Shown here piece after piece: positions 13,906 through 31,984 of a DNA stretch of 64,000 nt; within the stretch, counting starts at the first letter, position 1, and every line of letters starts with the position of its first letter. The translations under genes were made by a program, and so were the position numbers. The stretch is from Paraspadella gotoi (Eukaryota > Animalia > Chaetognatha), in contig CM119264.1 of NCBI GenBank assembly GCA_051294375.1, forward strand, positions 9,807,907-9,871,906, given 5' to 3'. The notes under the pieces were generated by a model. It searched no databases, was not told the origin of the DNA, and saw only the letters and a program-made list of their open reading frames with translations.

Positions 13906-16502
13906 AACAATGAAAATGGCGTAACGTTACGTTCCGTGCATAAAAAAAAATTCACTGTTTCAATATTATTATATTTCTTTTTATTTTTGAAACGTTATAG
14001 TTTCCATATGCTGATATCCAAAAGTATCAATGAAAATCTTTTTTCTGGTTTTTTTGATATGAACTGAATATAGGGTGAAAAGATGATAATTTTTTAAAGT
14101 TAGCTTATTCCAATATTTATTCTAGAATTGTAAATAGAAAAAAATAAAAAAAAATAAATAGTAACTAAATAGTTAGTGGTTATTGTCTCAAGATAGATGG
14201 AAAAAAAAACCTCATTTAAAAAAATTGATCGGAAAGTGGGGGTAAATTTACCAAATGGCATCCTCCAGACGAATGTTCTGCTCAAATAATTTTTTTTATT
14301 TAAATACAATTTTGGAAAAGGAAAAAAGAAATTGGAATGCAGGTTTGCAGAAAGGGTAACGATAATCTGGGACTTATTGACATGATAACCATGAACTTTT
14401 AATATCTTGTGAAATGGGAGCAGTATAAGAAATCTAGAAAAATTTCATACATTAAGTCAGTCAATGAAACCCTTTCCAATCGGCTTATTCAGAAATATTG
14501 TTTTCTTAATTAAAATGGATGATAAATATTATTAAATTCCATTGGCTATATTAAAAAATTATCAAATACAAATTAACACAATGAAATGTTTTTGCCTTTG
14601 TCAAATATGGTTTACAGCTATATAATTTTTTTACAACTTTAATATGAAATAAACAAGCAGTAGATGTCAAGCTTTTTTAGTTTGGCAGTTAAAGATAATG
14701 GAAAAATCGACCGATTAGTTTTACACAGACAAGAAAGGTAGATGTCCAGACTGTTTATATCACAACGCTGAAAAGATTTCTTGGTATTAGTATCATTTTT
14801 TAATATTTAAAAATATATTTTATCAAGCTTACAACATAAATTTTTGCTTTGTTTTTTTACTTTAACTGAAAAATATAAGCAATTTTATGGAATAAAAAAA
14901 ATTTAATAATAAACAAAGATGTAATTCTAAATCCCTTTTCTTTTTCAAATTACAAAAGAAAAAGAAAAAATTTCATATGTCTTCATTGAAAATTTATTAA
15001 AGCAAAGAACTGTTATAACTTTAACTCTGATTTAAACAAAAGCTGTGTAAAATATTATGGATTTAATTTAATAAAACTCTTTAGAAAGGTGTCCCAATGA
15101 TTACGGCTTAAATTTGATAAGCAATCCACCTCTAGCTACTTCTTTTCTTTCAAAAGTTATTTCAAAAAAAATATACGTTTTTTTTAAATTACGCAGTACA
15201 AATCTTTGTTAAATAAAAATTTGGGCAAAGCGGGAGTACTCACTGTATTTCTGTTGGTAAATACTTAAATTTTCAAAATAAAACTTGAAGAAAATTTTTT
15301 GTCATTTAGAGACATATACTTTCCAGATGTAACCCATCGTATAATAATTATTTATTTATTCTGATTTCCGCCCAAAAAGCCTATTAGAGTAAAGTTGAAT
15401 TTTTCAAATATGTTGGGAAAAAATTTCATCCAACCTATGCTCATTGAGAAGTAATGGTTTTGCATAGAAATTAAAATATCAAAAAAAATAAAAAATCAGA
15501 CCTCTAGAAAAAATCGAAAGGCATAGAGGCTGATTTTTTAGAATTGCAAAATTTTTTTCCTGACTCATAATCCCATTCATTCCAAGTTTTCAAAATTTTT
15601 TCCCAAAATCATTCATTATCAATTTTTTTAATAATTTAAATGTTATGATGTTGTTTTTTGTTTGAAAGAATTGAAAAAGTGAAAATTAGTAATATATATA
15701 AGGTTTTTTTGAAAATACCTTTAAAGAATATTAATAAATTAGACAACTAAGGGGAGTAGCAGAGAAAACTTCCATTCAATAAAGCAAAATTGAAAATGAA
15801 ATTTGTCATATTTGTTATTTAGATTAATTGACTAAATTCAAACAAATGATTCATATAAATTGAGGAAATGATGGGTAAAAAAATATTCATCTTGGGTCTC
15901 GGTTAACTATTAGGTATCGTTAAAGTTTTGGTTTTTAATAATATTAATATTTTTTTTGCATTTATAAAAGCAATGGTCTAAAATTTTGTAAGCGTTTCGA
16001 GCTATATTGCTTCATCTTTTTTACTATTTTTGATCTAGTTAGCTTTTTTTGTTGATGGTCAAGGGTAAGGTCAGATTACAGATATGTCCCCAGTAGTGTA
16101 TATCGGCAAGCATATTAACCAACAAGTAGTGATCAATTAATTTGGCTCAGAAAGCGAATTTAAAGGGACAAATCAGCACGAGACCGTTTCCGCCACGTTA
16201 TTTTTCAATTGTGTCATAAATAGAAATTCTCTCTAAAACGTAAAATAAATTGTACATTGGAATATGAAAAGATAGAAAAACTATCGGATTAAATGCTACT
16301 TTTGCCCAAAAGTTTTGGAATCTTTCTTTTACCATCACACTACATTTTCGTTAATGTAACATATTCATAATATGCTATTAATTTTTTCAGTTCAAAACGG
16401 CATTCCGAATGTGTAATTTTTTTTGCCTGGTCACAAATATTGGTCTTGATTATCAGCCAAGATATAAATCAAGAAACGTATAAAGTTTTTTTTTGAAAAA
16501 CT

Positions 16503-16710
16503 TCGTATGTTCGTCATGTTCCGCGGGAACAAACGTCTGCGGTTAACACGACGACGGATCTATATGACGGATAGCGACGTTGGAGGAAAAGCACGTCGCG
16601 CCTTCACAAGGAATTTCCGCTCCTCACCGACGATTTTTGTGACAATCTCGAGTATTTAAGTTTCATTGAAAATGGTGCTAAGCTTGGGTGGAAAAGAGAT
16701 GGCGAATATA
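16503..16710 (+). pseudogene. 3' fragment of the NAT gene in the alternative copy of the locus
   Basis: Matches the reverse complement of ~30920-31125 (FVMF..NKRLRL..KEFPLLTDDFCDNLEYLSFIEN..GWKRDGE) with indels. The 5' ~850 bp of NAT is not seen upstream. Confidence 0.8.
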
Positions 16711-16845
16711 TTGTTTAATAAAAGTCATAATTTTTAGAAACGATTTTTTGGGGGAACAAAAAGGATAAATTCAGTATTTTTTGAAAGAAAAATAGTTTTT
16801 TGTAGATATTAAAATGAATTATTAGTTATAGAAATGTTTACATAC

Positions 16846-16975
16846 TTTTTGACGATGTAGAAGAGGGTGAGAGTCTCATCGTCGTGAAGAAGCTTGAGAC
16901 GACCGCGGAGATTCCCGCGCTCAGTTCCAGGTATGGTTGTTGTACAGACCCCGACTGGTGCGATTCTCAAAGGCT
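16846..16975 (-). CDS. Duplicate (indel-bearing) of the LamG-start exon of the mosaic gene
   Basis: 16740-17000 is a direct near-copy of 24130-24400. Confidence 0.7.
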
Positions 16976-17068
16976 CTTGGGCGCCGAGGGTAAGAACGAG
17001 AATATTTATATAATATATATATAAATATATATATATATATAAATATAATATATATTATATATATATAT

Positions 17069-20000
17069 TAGTACCTCACCAGTATCAAAAATTGTCTCCT
17101 AAGGTTCTCACTCGGTCGGTTTACCCGTTATTTAAAACATTAGATAAGTTTTAAAACTCAAAATCTGGAAAAAAAGTGTGACCGCGTATCAAAACCCAAT
17201 GAAGCGATCAAAGTAATTAGCGGCAATTCTTCGTGTTGTAAAAGTTTTTTCTAAAAAAAAATTCTGATTTTCCCCTATTGTTTAATTTTTTTATTAAATA
17301 ATTTGCTAACATATAGAATCAAAAAATAAAGTAAAGTATTTAAAAAATGTATTTTTTAAAAAACAGGGCATTCTGTATAAACCCGATATGTAAAGGTAAA
17401 AATAACCGAAGTGAAGGGAATAAATAACCGGAAATTAAGTATTAAATAACCTTTTCTAAGAAAAAGATACAATTTTTAGACCAAGGTAAATTGAAAGAAC
17501 TAAAAACTTATGCTTTGAAGAGCTTATGCCTAATATATAGAGAGATACAGTACAGTATAATTAATATATATATAGACAATATATATTATGCGTAAGATAT
17601 AACATAAGAATTTTTGTCGCTACGAAGTATCTTACTTAATCAAGTATTTTTAACGTCGCTCTCTATTGGTCAGTCCTTATGGACTGTTTCCTTACCGCAA
17701 AGGTATAAAAGAGACGTTCTTTACCTAAAAACTTGAGGATAACTTACCCAATGATTCGCGTGACAGTAGGTAAGCATGTTTAAAATGTTATATTTGCAAT
17801 TTTATAATTAAGTTTAAAGTTGACTATTTTTAAAAGTTTCTACATTTTTATGTTTGAGAAATAGTCTCGCCTTTTGACTTGCTACAGTGATTCATGTCCT
17901 CACGCCATTTTCATCTACTACAATAAATATTAGCTTTTAGGAAGAAAGTTTTATGTAATTCAAACAAGATTTTTTATTATTTATTGTTTGAATTTTCAAA
18001 AATATAATAAGAAACGCAACAAAAAAAAGGAAAATTATTACAAATTGTCTACCAATCAATAAATATTACTAAATTATATATTTCTTCAAAATTTTAATAT
18101 AATGAATAGCAAGTAGAAAAATATACTAGCTCGCTCATCGGCGTTACGGTAAAATCCTCAATAGACAGATTTTCAACTCTGTGGTTGCGGAGAGATAGAG
18201 AGAGAAAATATATATATATATATATCGGGAGCTTTTCCTAGCGTCGATATTATAATGGTTGACAACAAAGAACTAAAAAAATAAAATAAATTTTTGAAAA
18301 AACGCAAAATGGTGAAATGAAATTATGAAATTGTGAATAGTTGTTGAGTTTGCCTCACTCTCTATTTTAAAAATGGCGAGCAAAAAAAGGATTAAAAATT
18401 GATTATTACAGTTTAAAATGGGTAAGAAGAGAGTAAAAGCATTTGATTTGTTTTATAAACACAAGTACAAATAAAACAAAATATTGGTTAAAAAATATAA
18501 ATGGTCCCTAAAACATTTGAAGTTGGAGGCAACTGCCGGTACAGTAATGTCGAGTTGATGCCTGTTTAGATCAGGGATAATTTCTTGGAGAAAATACTAC
18601 ACAAATGTTCCAATTGAGCCACTGCACCTGCCAGAGCCCTCTTCTCACCTTGGTAGTCATCCATTGTGGCTTCTTTTGCAACAGGAGTGACGGACCCTCT
18701 TCCTCTATCTAAAGTATTCTTTTGAGGGACGCACCCGTTCGTGGAGGACGAACTAAGTTGCTAGCAGTAGGGGTTGACCTTATTTTGCTTCTTAACTCTG
18801 TCTCATTTCTTCTTACCTCCCACATCCACTCTCCCATTCTCCAAGTTCTTAAGTTGAAACGTTATTTCTCTTTCTCCGTGCTTTCTCTCTCCTCTATCTG
18901 TTCTGTTCTCATGCAAATGTTGGTTAGAAAATATAATTTATAGGATTTTGAGCTGATGAAGACTCGCAAACCATAGATCCTAAACATTAAGGACCGGAGC
19001 GATTTGGAACGAGTATATGATCGAACATGTAAAATCTGTTGTGTATTGTAAAAAAAGCAAATAAATGAAAACATTTAATGTTAATTAGGTAACAAAAATT
19101 ATTGGATATAATAAACCGTATGGTGTTCGCGGGAGAACAGCTAATACACTTTGATCGAGATATCTTTTTAGAGATCTGGTATACGTGATTGGTAACAGTC
19201 GGGCTTGAATTGGTTTCCTTATTGCGAGTCTATGTCTGAGACATGTGAATATGTGTGCGAGTAATCAGCCGAGCAGCAGCAGTCAGCAACGGTTATTCAA
19301 AGCAATCTCAAGTTCTCTCTATTTGAGTACTAAATACAAAACAATGTTAAATCTGCGTGTATCTATTCTATTATATATTATAAAAATGGCTTTCAGTGCG
19401 ATCGAGACCAATAATCACCTAGGAGAATATATTTATAAAGCCGATCACACCAATGACGATTCATACAGATATCCAGCAGTTTTTTTTCTCACGCCCTTCT
19501 TCGCATCTGTGACAATAAGATACAGAGATTCGAGTAAGTATCTCACTCGAGGTCTCCGCGTGAGCGTCATGAGAGATGAGAGCGTCTCGAATCGAGTTGC
19601 GACGATATCCGCATACTGATGATTGAGCAAGCTGCCGAGGTGCATCTCTTTAATCAGCGATTATTTCTTCTATACGACGGGCCTTAGGTGACTGAGACTT
19701 AAATTTGAATTAGAAACGTCCTATCTCAATAGGAACTTGTTTAATATCTTATTAATTTAACTAATAGGCTTTAAGTTTAGTCTCGCTTGGAAAATGGTTC
19801 AGTACACAATTAAGCTCCATTACCCAATTGATAAAGAATTCATAATAGAATCGAGACTTCAAAATTGAAGAGCAGGGGGTTTAAAAATTCGGGGAGAGTC
19901 ATCTCGCTGTTTCTCGTTCATCACGGAGTTGTCCAGCAATTTTTTATCAACAGGCAAATGTTCTCGAGTTTGTAATTATCGACAGGAAGAAGACGATGCA

Positions 20001-23000
20001 CAACGCTAACAGTAAGGTTGTAACTGGATGGAAACAAAAAATAAGGCTTTTTACGTATGGTGAAAACGCAAATTTCCTAATAAGGCGATTTGGCGCAACT
20101 TTAAAACTGAATTTGATGAAAGAAAATAGAAAAGGGCACTTTTGAGGATGTAGAATGAGGAGAGCACGCATTGGAGTGGAAATTGTAGAAACACGGAAAG
20201 ATATGATTGACATAGTTGAGTCGAACGATTTGGAATATCACTCCACATTCTCGTGTGAGTCCTAGGGAAACAACAAGCCTTTGCAGTCAGATCAGTTTTA
20301 TTTTCTTCGATGAAGAGTCAGAATTACAAGCCATAAGAAGGGCGTCAGCAGGAGTGCCGACTTACGGTTAGAGTGGAAGGTGACAGACGGAAGAAACAAG
20401 AGGCTGGGCTGACGATAAAGAACAAAAAATAGGAGGACCGGAGAAGATAAGAGATCTTTTAACTTGCAATGAACCATTAAAAGGGAAGAGCAAAAAGCGA
20501 ATAGTTTTAAAGATAAATAAGAAATTTTTTTGGTCATGGGAGAGATCGTGGAAACAACATTATCCGGGTATAAAAATTCTTCACGCAAACCTAAAATAGG
20601 GAAAAACTTTTTTTTTCCACTCTAATTTTTCTACTTTCGGCAACGTGTCCGATTCTCTTTAAACGGTGCTTCCCGGAAGTTCACAAAATTTCCTTCGCGA
20701 TAAGGTGACAAGAGGCAATTATTAGTGTTGCAAATGCACAATGACCATAAGCATCGGCGTCCTAGAAGTTTTTCATAAACTGGCGAGATCCCTCCGTGAA
20801 TGGCCAGTATTTACGGCGGTTGAATCCCTCCAATTACTCTGTATTGAATAAAATGTTTAGGAATTATTATATTAATTTAGTTTCCAAAAACGTCAACAAC
20901 TTATTGACAACGGATCATAGACGGTGTTCAGACCAAGAATTATTATTCGGAAGAACAGAGTTGAAAACGTATATAACATTGAGAAGAAAGAGAGAGAGAG
21001 AGAGAGAGATATGAGTTTGCGGTGTTTGTTTGTCGGTGACTTTATCACAATATCAGTTACCACAATATCATCATTTTCTATTAATCACTGGGGGCATGTC
21101 ACTTTATATTGCTAATTTTATGTATTCCAGAATTAAGAAATATTTTTTTAATGTAACATTAAACATCAAACTTACTTTGATGTCCGTTCTGTTAGATTTT
21201 CTCATTTAGGATTCAAACAAACTTTCGTAGTTAGTGGCTGCCTTTTTCCCCCCGCGGGAAGTGGAGGTGAGTCAAATACTCCGCCGTCGAGATTCGTTTA
21301 TGACGACAATGTGCTCCTCCTTCTCTTTCGTTTTTCTCATTCATTTCCTTGAATCATTCTTCCACCATCTTAGCGTTTCAACTTCCTTGCCGCGAAAAAT
21401 AAGTACTTCGACATTGCTATTTGTCTCTTCGCTTTGAAGTTCCTTTCGCATTCGCTCCCGGAAGCTCGCCGAACTTGTGAACGGTCGATGGCCTCTGACT
21501 GATTGTCTTCCGTGACGATCCCGTAATCGGATCAAAAACGCCGTGGCGATTTAGCGGCGATCATGACGGTCAGATGCCGACGGCCACCGGTCTGCCTCCG
21601 AGCTAAATTGTCAAGGGGTGACGTAAGGTTTCTCTTGCCAATGAATTAAAAAATAAACTTTTTAATTACAGACGAAAGTTATGATAAATAGGAAACTAAT
21701 ATAATAATAACTGATAAATTTTAATAATAAAAATGATAAAAGTTTTAAGTTTTAAATATGAAAACAAAAAATGTTATATATTATAAAAGCTATAAAATTC
21801 AGGGACTTAAATAAAAAAATACCTTCTTGTAAAGATTTTATCCTCCTCAGGAAAAATTTCAAGAATCACAAGGTTCCTGAACTTCAATAAGACAAACGGG
21901 GAGGGGCACATCGTATTTCTGTTTCAATGAGACTGGCGGAATATTTGGTGTTTATCTATCTCCGGGTTTTGAAGTCGTTCTTTTCCTATTCAATAAAATA
22001 CCTGAGAAGAAAAATGTTTTAATTTATGACGAATATTTGGTTTACCTCCTAATTGCCGTTGATTTCTATTTTCAAGTGTTTTAGTTGTTTTCGCGATCAG
22101 TGAACGCAATAGCCATTTTCCTACACTTGCAGTTTTGTTTCGTTGGTCGTAGATAAAGCGGAGTTCGATCAATGGAATTTTGTTCACTAGTTTTTTGGCA
22201 ATGGCAATAAACGTGCGCCTGCCCATTCACAAATTCCCAATCGCATCCCGACTCGGAGCACACAGTGATCGGAGCATTTGCATTTAAAATGTCAAAGGTT
22301 TGTAGAGACATCGCAAAGGTTTATTGAGAGCGGCCACCGTTGCGGACCGATGATTTGCGTAAGAGTATTTCCACTACAGTTTAATTCGTACTGTGATGCT
22401 GTCCAAAGTTGCAATCGGGAGAGAGGAATTGGATCGCTTGAAACGTACAAATGTCTTCGGCCACAGATTTAAAAAACGGCCGTTTTAAGACTTTCCCTTC
22501 CAGCTGAAATATAAAAAAAGGAATGTTAAGAACCTTTCTGTCTATCATCCCGAAATGTTTTAAAACTCACAAATAACTTAAACAGCACAATACCTTTTTA
22601 ATTTAAGCTGAACATTAACATCGCGAAAGAGTTTGGCAGTTGCGAAGGATTCAGTGGTTTGAACTGCCAAGAACTTCATCCTCCTGACTACGAGTTAAAA
22701 CGCTTTTTGTATTTAGGCATTTTAAAAAACTATTCTAGTTCTATAACTACTATATTTCTAAATAAAGAATTTAATTCTAAAAAGCTATTCGAAAAGTTCC
22801 TTAGTAACCATGTAAACAAATTGAGAACGAAATGTTAACCGAAAAAACCGAACGCTGATTGGTCAGTTAATACGTGAAGTCGTTTGTGGTTGGATAAATT
22901 TTTTTATTTTGCTGATGACGTGATTTTTTAACTAATGAAGTTAATCGGCGAAGGTTCATCCGCGAAACAAAATAGATCCAACATTTAGCCCAAAAAGTTG

Positions 23001-24058
23001 ATTTTGAAGATGATACTATTTTTGGAAAAAGACATTTTGATTTAAGCCGAAGGAAAACCATATTCAATATTTTTTATTTGTTCGATCAACGAAATAAAAA
23101 GAGCTTAATATGCTCCGCCCTACTAAACTGTCTGGTGTTTGAAATCAAAAATTGTTGTTTGTAAACAATAAATTTATAAAACTTTGTTTCTCTTAAATTT
23201 CAAACGCAGTGAAAGGAAAGCCAAAATACAATTATATTATTTTTGAAAATTTCCTATTTTATATGAATGTTATTATTGATTTATTGTAGTTATGATACAG
23301 TTCCCCAAACATATGAGCAAAATATTTTTTGTATTCGATAATCATGCTATCTCACGTCTAAATATCTTTGTTTGTTTACTCAATACAATTTTTTTGCCCG
23401 AGAGCTCCACTCTAATAAAGACAGTATGGTTTCCGTAGCCCGGTGGTCGCCTAGCAGTTAAGAGGGACGGGGCGGCTTAAACCCGCCTGTAACATGGTGT
23501 AACAGCCTGATCCAAAGCTCAGGGACTGCTTACATTGAACGGTTCTGTCATTAACACTTATCAATAAATTACTGTCTCTTCAACAGCTTCTCAGTCATGT
23601 GTCAATTTAAACTTAATTCCCATTTATTTTTAATTATTATTTCCAATTATTTTAATTATTATTATTACCATTAGTAATATTAATATTATTATTTTTATTA
23701 TTTTCAATTATTTCTAATTATTATTTTTTAATGAACAAAGAAAAAACTAATTTTAAAAAAATCTTGATTGGCATTTTTTTTCATCGATGCCCCCTTGCTG
23801 TGGCTCTGAAGAGGAACTAAAACAATAATAATAATAATAACAATAATTTGTTAGATTATCAGAAATAATAAAATATTAATGAAAACTAACTTTTGTTGCA
23901 TTTAAAATAATTCATTAAAATTGGAACAATGAACAACATTATAGGCTGAAAACCTTACTTCCGGTTCAGGCCACGCCGCCATCATAACAAAGATATTTTT
24001 TTAAATTTAATAAAACAAAAATAGGCAAGAGAAAACTAAATGGTGTTTTTTAAACTAA
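17069..24058 (-). mobile_element. hAT-like DNA transposon body; left terminus TAG directly after a (TA)n run, right side lost at the assembly gap
   Basis: Begins TAGTACCTCACCAG..AAGGTTCTCACTCGGT after ATATATAT and contains the transposase above. The right boundary is uncertain. Confidence 0.55.
19560..22700 (-). pseudogene. Intron-containing, frameshifted hAT-like (probably hATm-type) DDE transposase
   Basis: Reading across frameshifts gives, in order: FDI.KCKC..HVYCHC..KIPLIELRFIYDQR (22300-22140); DYGIVTED..IDRS.VRRA..RMRKEL..F.GK..EEHIVVI..EYLTHL (21560-21260); DSTAVNTG..GG..EKLLGRR..C..H.N.LPL.HL (20830-20700); DLSHDQK (20545); HP.NLLLA; PRIFKPP; and a degenerate H..AVER near 19690. AG/GT intron boundaries are visible. 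The clade name is from recall of these motifs, not from a search. Confidence 0.75.
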
Positions 24059-24235
24059 NNNNNNNNNNNNNNNNNNNNNNNNNTTCCCATTTGAAATCCT
24101 TTTTAGAAAAAAATAACTGTTTAATGGAACGATTTTTTGGGGGAACAAAAAAGGATAAATTCAGTATTCCTTTTGAAAGAAAAATAGATTTTTGGAATAT
24201 TAAAAATGAAGGTTAGTAGATAAATGTTTACTTAC

Positions 24236-28910
<4,675 letters not shown>

Positions 28911-30172
28911 TTTACTACGTCGCTTGCAAATCTTTGGAACCAATGAAATATTTCTAAAAAAATTTAGTAAATATAGTTAGAATATAATAATAATTTAAAT
29001 TATAAAAGAGAAATGAACATTAAAATATAAAAAAAATTTAATAATGTCTATTGACAACAGAAAACAGGAAAACATGAATTTACTCGTTAAAAAAATTATT
29101 TCCAAATTTAGCGGGAAATGTAAATAAAAAAGTTTGTTTATCGTCAGCGATTAAACTGACCCGAACCTACCCCGGTACTCACCCGAGCGAGGAGAGCCTT
29201 TGGTCTTAAGTCTATATCCGCTCGCGTCACCGCCTCTCCTCTATATATTATTGGAGTGTTTTACGACGTGTCTAGATTTAAAAAATTACTCATCTTTATA
29301 CATAATATGTATATTTCGGTTTCATGAAATTCCGAAAATATATGTCTTTCTGTATTTTATGCTCCGTTTTTCTGATATTGTCGTCTGTGACGGGCCGTTG
29401 ACGGCTTGCTATTATTTGAAATAAAATAACTTTAAATCTTTTAATATTTTTAATTTTACTTATCTCTTTTATATTTCAAATATTCCTCTAATTTATTTTC
29501 TCTACCTATCTCATAACAGAAATTTACTTCAATTGGATAGTACAAATTTAATACAATTGTCACATTGTTTTAACCATATTTCTGTTTGCCCAAGTTAATT
29601 TCAAATCGAATTCTCTTTTTTTTTTTTTTTTTAAGGAATTTATAACTTTTTTTCATCGTCATCGTCGTCGTCGTCGTCGTCATTAGCATTTTTTCCGGAG
29701 GCTTTTGAGTGTTCGTTGATATTCCCTTTTAATTCAATATTTGCCCCCCGCGACCTTCGTGACTAGAGAGGGTGAGAGAGGGGAGGGAAATTAATTGGGG
29801 GCATGAGGAGAGGAAATCCGTTTAAAACGGTAATGTGGAGACTGAAGAAAATTAAGAGGAAATAAAAGAGTAAAGAAAGTATATTTAATATAAGCGATTT
29901 TAGTTAGAGAAAAACAGGAAAAAGAAAAAAAAGAAGAGAAATTGTAAAAGTAAAAGGATTTGAGTGGAATTTGAAGAGAATTACGAAATTAATATTTATT
30001 TACGTTATAATTTTTTTGTACGTTAGAAAAAAGTAGAAGGAAAGGGAAAAGGAAAAAGTCGGAAAGGGGGAATCTGACGAGTTCAGAGAGAGAGAGAGAG
30101 AGAGAGAGAGGAATTCTAGGATAGAGTGAAATCGAAAGGATACGGAGAGAGAGAGAGAGAGAAGAGGACGAG

Positions 30173-30209
<37 letters not shown>

Positions 30210-30919
30210 CTCTCTTCTTTTTATGAAATGGTCAAATACTGTGGCTAAATTATTTGTTATATAAACTTCATATTTTTTGCCCAGTAGTACAGCTTGCTTA
30301 ATTTCTTAGTTATGTGCTCATTAATGGCATAGTCGAATTTCAAAAAAGCAATTTTTTTTGCATTTGAAAAAGACCTTTCTGTTATATGATAAATTTTATG
30401 AAGAAAAATGAAATATTTAAAAATTTTGGTTCATCTTACAGATATCGACATTAGACTAAGTGTCTGAACAATCTGAATGTCAAAAGCTTATTTATAATAA
30501 CATTAAGAACCTTTTTTATTTTATAGTTTTTCTAGTTAAAACCTATAAAAAATAAAAATTTCAGCATTAAAAATATATTGCAAAAGAACAATGATCTGGC
30601 AAGAGCCTGTTGCCTAGCTAAACCTTGAAACATATTAATAACAAATTTTTTGCCTGTTCCAAAGTCATTATACTAATTAATGAATGTAAAAGAAATTAAA
30701 ATATTAATCACAATTTTTTTTTCACAATGAGTTTGAAATTGAATAATCAAATAAGATGTTATGATGTAAAGTATTCTCAACTTATTACTTGTCATAAACA
30801 TTAACGTCAGGGAATTTTTTAACTAATGAAATAATCAAATACCAATCATATTTAGTTATTTAAGAGTAATAACAAATCTTTTCATTTCACTCCGATTTGA
30901 AATCCGTGTATATTAAGTA

Positions 30920-31984
30920 TTATTCACCATCTCTTTCCCACCCAATCTTAGCACAATTTTCAATAAAACTTAAATACTCGAGATTGTCACAAAAATCGTC
31001 GGTGAGGAGCGGAAATTCCTTGTGGAAGGCGGCGACGTGCTCTTCCTCCGACGTCGCTTCCGTCAATTCTGCAATAGACCCGTCGTCGTGTAACCGCAGA
31101 CGTTTGTTTCGCGAGAACATGACGAATCGATGCGACCGTCGACCGAAACCGGACACGACGCACTGCTGCAAGACGCAGCTGACGAGCTCTTGGTCCCGGG
31201 CGCATCGATCGCGTTCGATCGCTTCCGCAGAGCAAGTGCTCGGAAAGATCTGATAGGGCAACCAGGAACCTTCTTGAACGTCGAGCAACTGCGGGATCCC
31301 GAGGGAAAGGAGAGGGTTCTTGGAGACGAAATTGACGAGCGCGTTCCGTTGGCCAATGGAGTCCGTCAACGCACTTCCTCTTTCGACCATCTTTGTCGAA
31401 AATTTAAGTTTCGAATTTTTAACAAAATTTTTGAGATTTTGGGCGCCGACGAATTGGTATCGAGAAATGCCGTCGTCGTGCTGCGGCGACGCCGCGTTGG
31501 CGGCGTCAAGATCGATCGCGACGGCCTTCATCATCGGCAGCGTCGATCCGGCGTCGCAGTAGACGAAGCTGCCAGGGACAAAGTCGCCGTCGACGCGGAC
31601 GGCCACGTGACGCGCGGCCGGAATGAGACGAGTCGCCGACCCGGGATAACCCATGATTATTCCGGCGTCGAAGCCGAGAGACCGTAATAGATCGTGCAAG
31701 TAAAAGTTAATGTAGCCGCAGACGCCGCCACGCCCGCTCACGATCTCCCGCTCGACTACCTCTGGCGTCAAAGGGGGCAGTTGACCGCCCGTTCTTTTGA
31801 TGTACGAGGCGTAATGGACGGTGTTGAAAGGGACGTTCAGGCGGAAAGCTTGGATGAGCGAATCAAGGAAGGCAAACGGATCGTTTCGACATTGATTTTC
31901 AAAGTTGTCCAGTTGAAGTGTTTCCGTCAGAAAACGAATTTTAGTGCCAGAAATATTAAATTTGGCAATGTTTAAACGAAACAT
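30920..31984 (-). CDS. nat: Arylamine N-acetyltransferase (NAT) family protein, intronless, 354 aa
   Basis: VPFNT (PFEN-like motif), GRGGVC with catalytic Cys, RHVAVRV with catalytic His and YCDAG with catalytic Asp, in the canonical order for the NAT family. Uninterrupted ORF. Confidence 0.88.
   Translation of the reverse strand: MFRLNIAKFNISGTKIRFLTETLQLDNFENQCRNDPFAFLDSLIQAFRLNVPFNTVHYASYIKRTGGQLPPLTPEVVEREIVSGRGGVCGYINFYLHDLLRSLGFDAGIIMGYPGSATRLIPAARHVAVRVDGDFVPGSFVYCDAGSTLPMMKAVAIDLDAANAASPQHDDGISRYQFVGAQNLKNFVKNSKLKFSTKMVERGSALTDSIGQRNALVNFVSKNPLLSLGIPQLLDVQEGSWLPYQIFPSTCSAEAIERDRCARDQELVSCVLQQCVVSGFGRRSHRFVMFSRNKRLRLHDDGSIAELTEATSEEEHVAAFHKEFPLLTDDFCDNLEYLSFIENCAKIGWERDGE

Noticed and set aside
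22630-22680. Plus-strand CEGFSGLNCQE resembling the end of an EGF domain
   Set aside because: Isolated, and it overlaps a probable minus-strand transposase exon whose splice signals fit better.
23430-23560. tRNA/SINE-like A-box with a degenerate B-box; similar B-box-like GTTCGAGCCC at ~43375
   Set aside because: No cloverleaf and boxes too degenerate to call without copy-number evidence.
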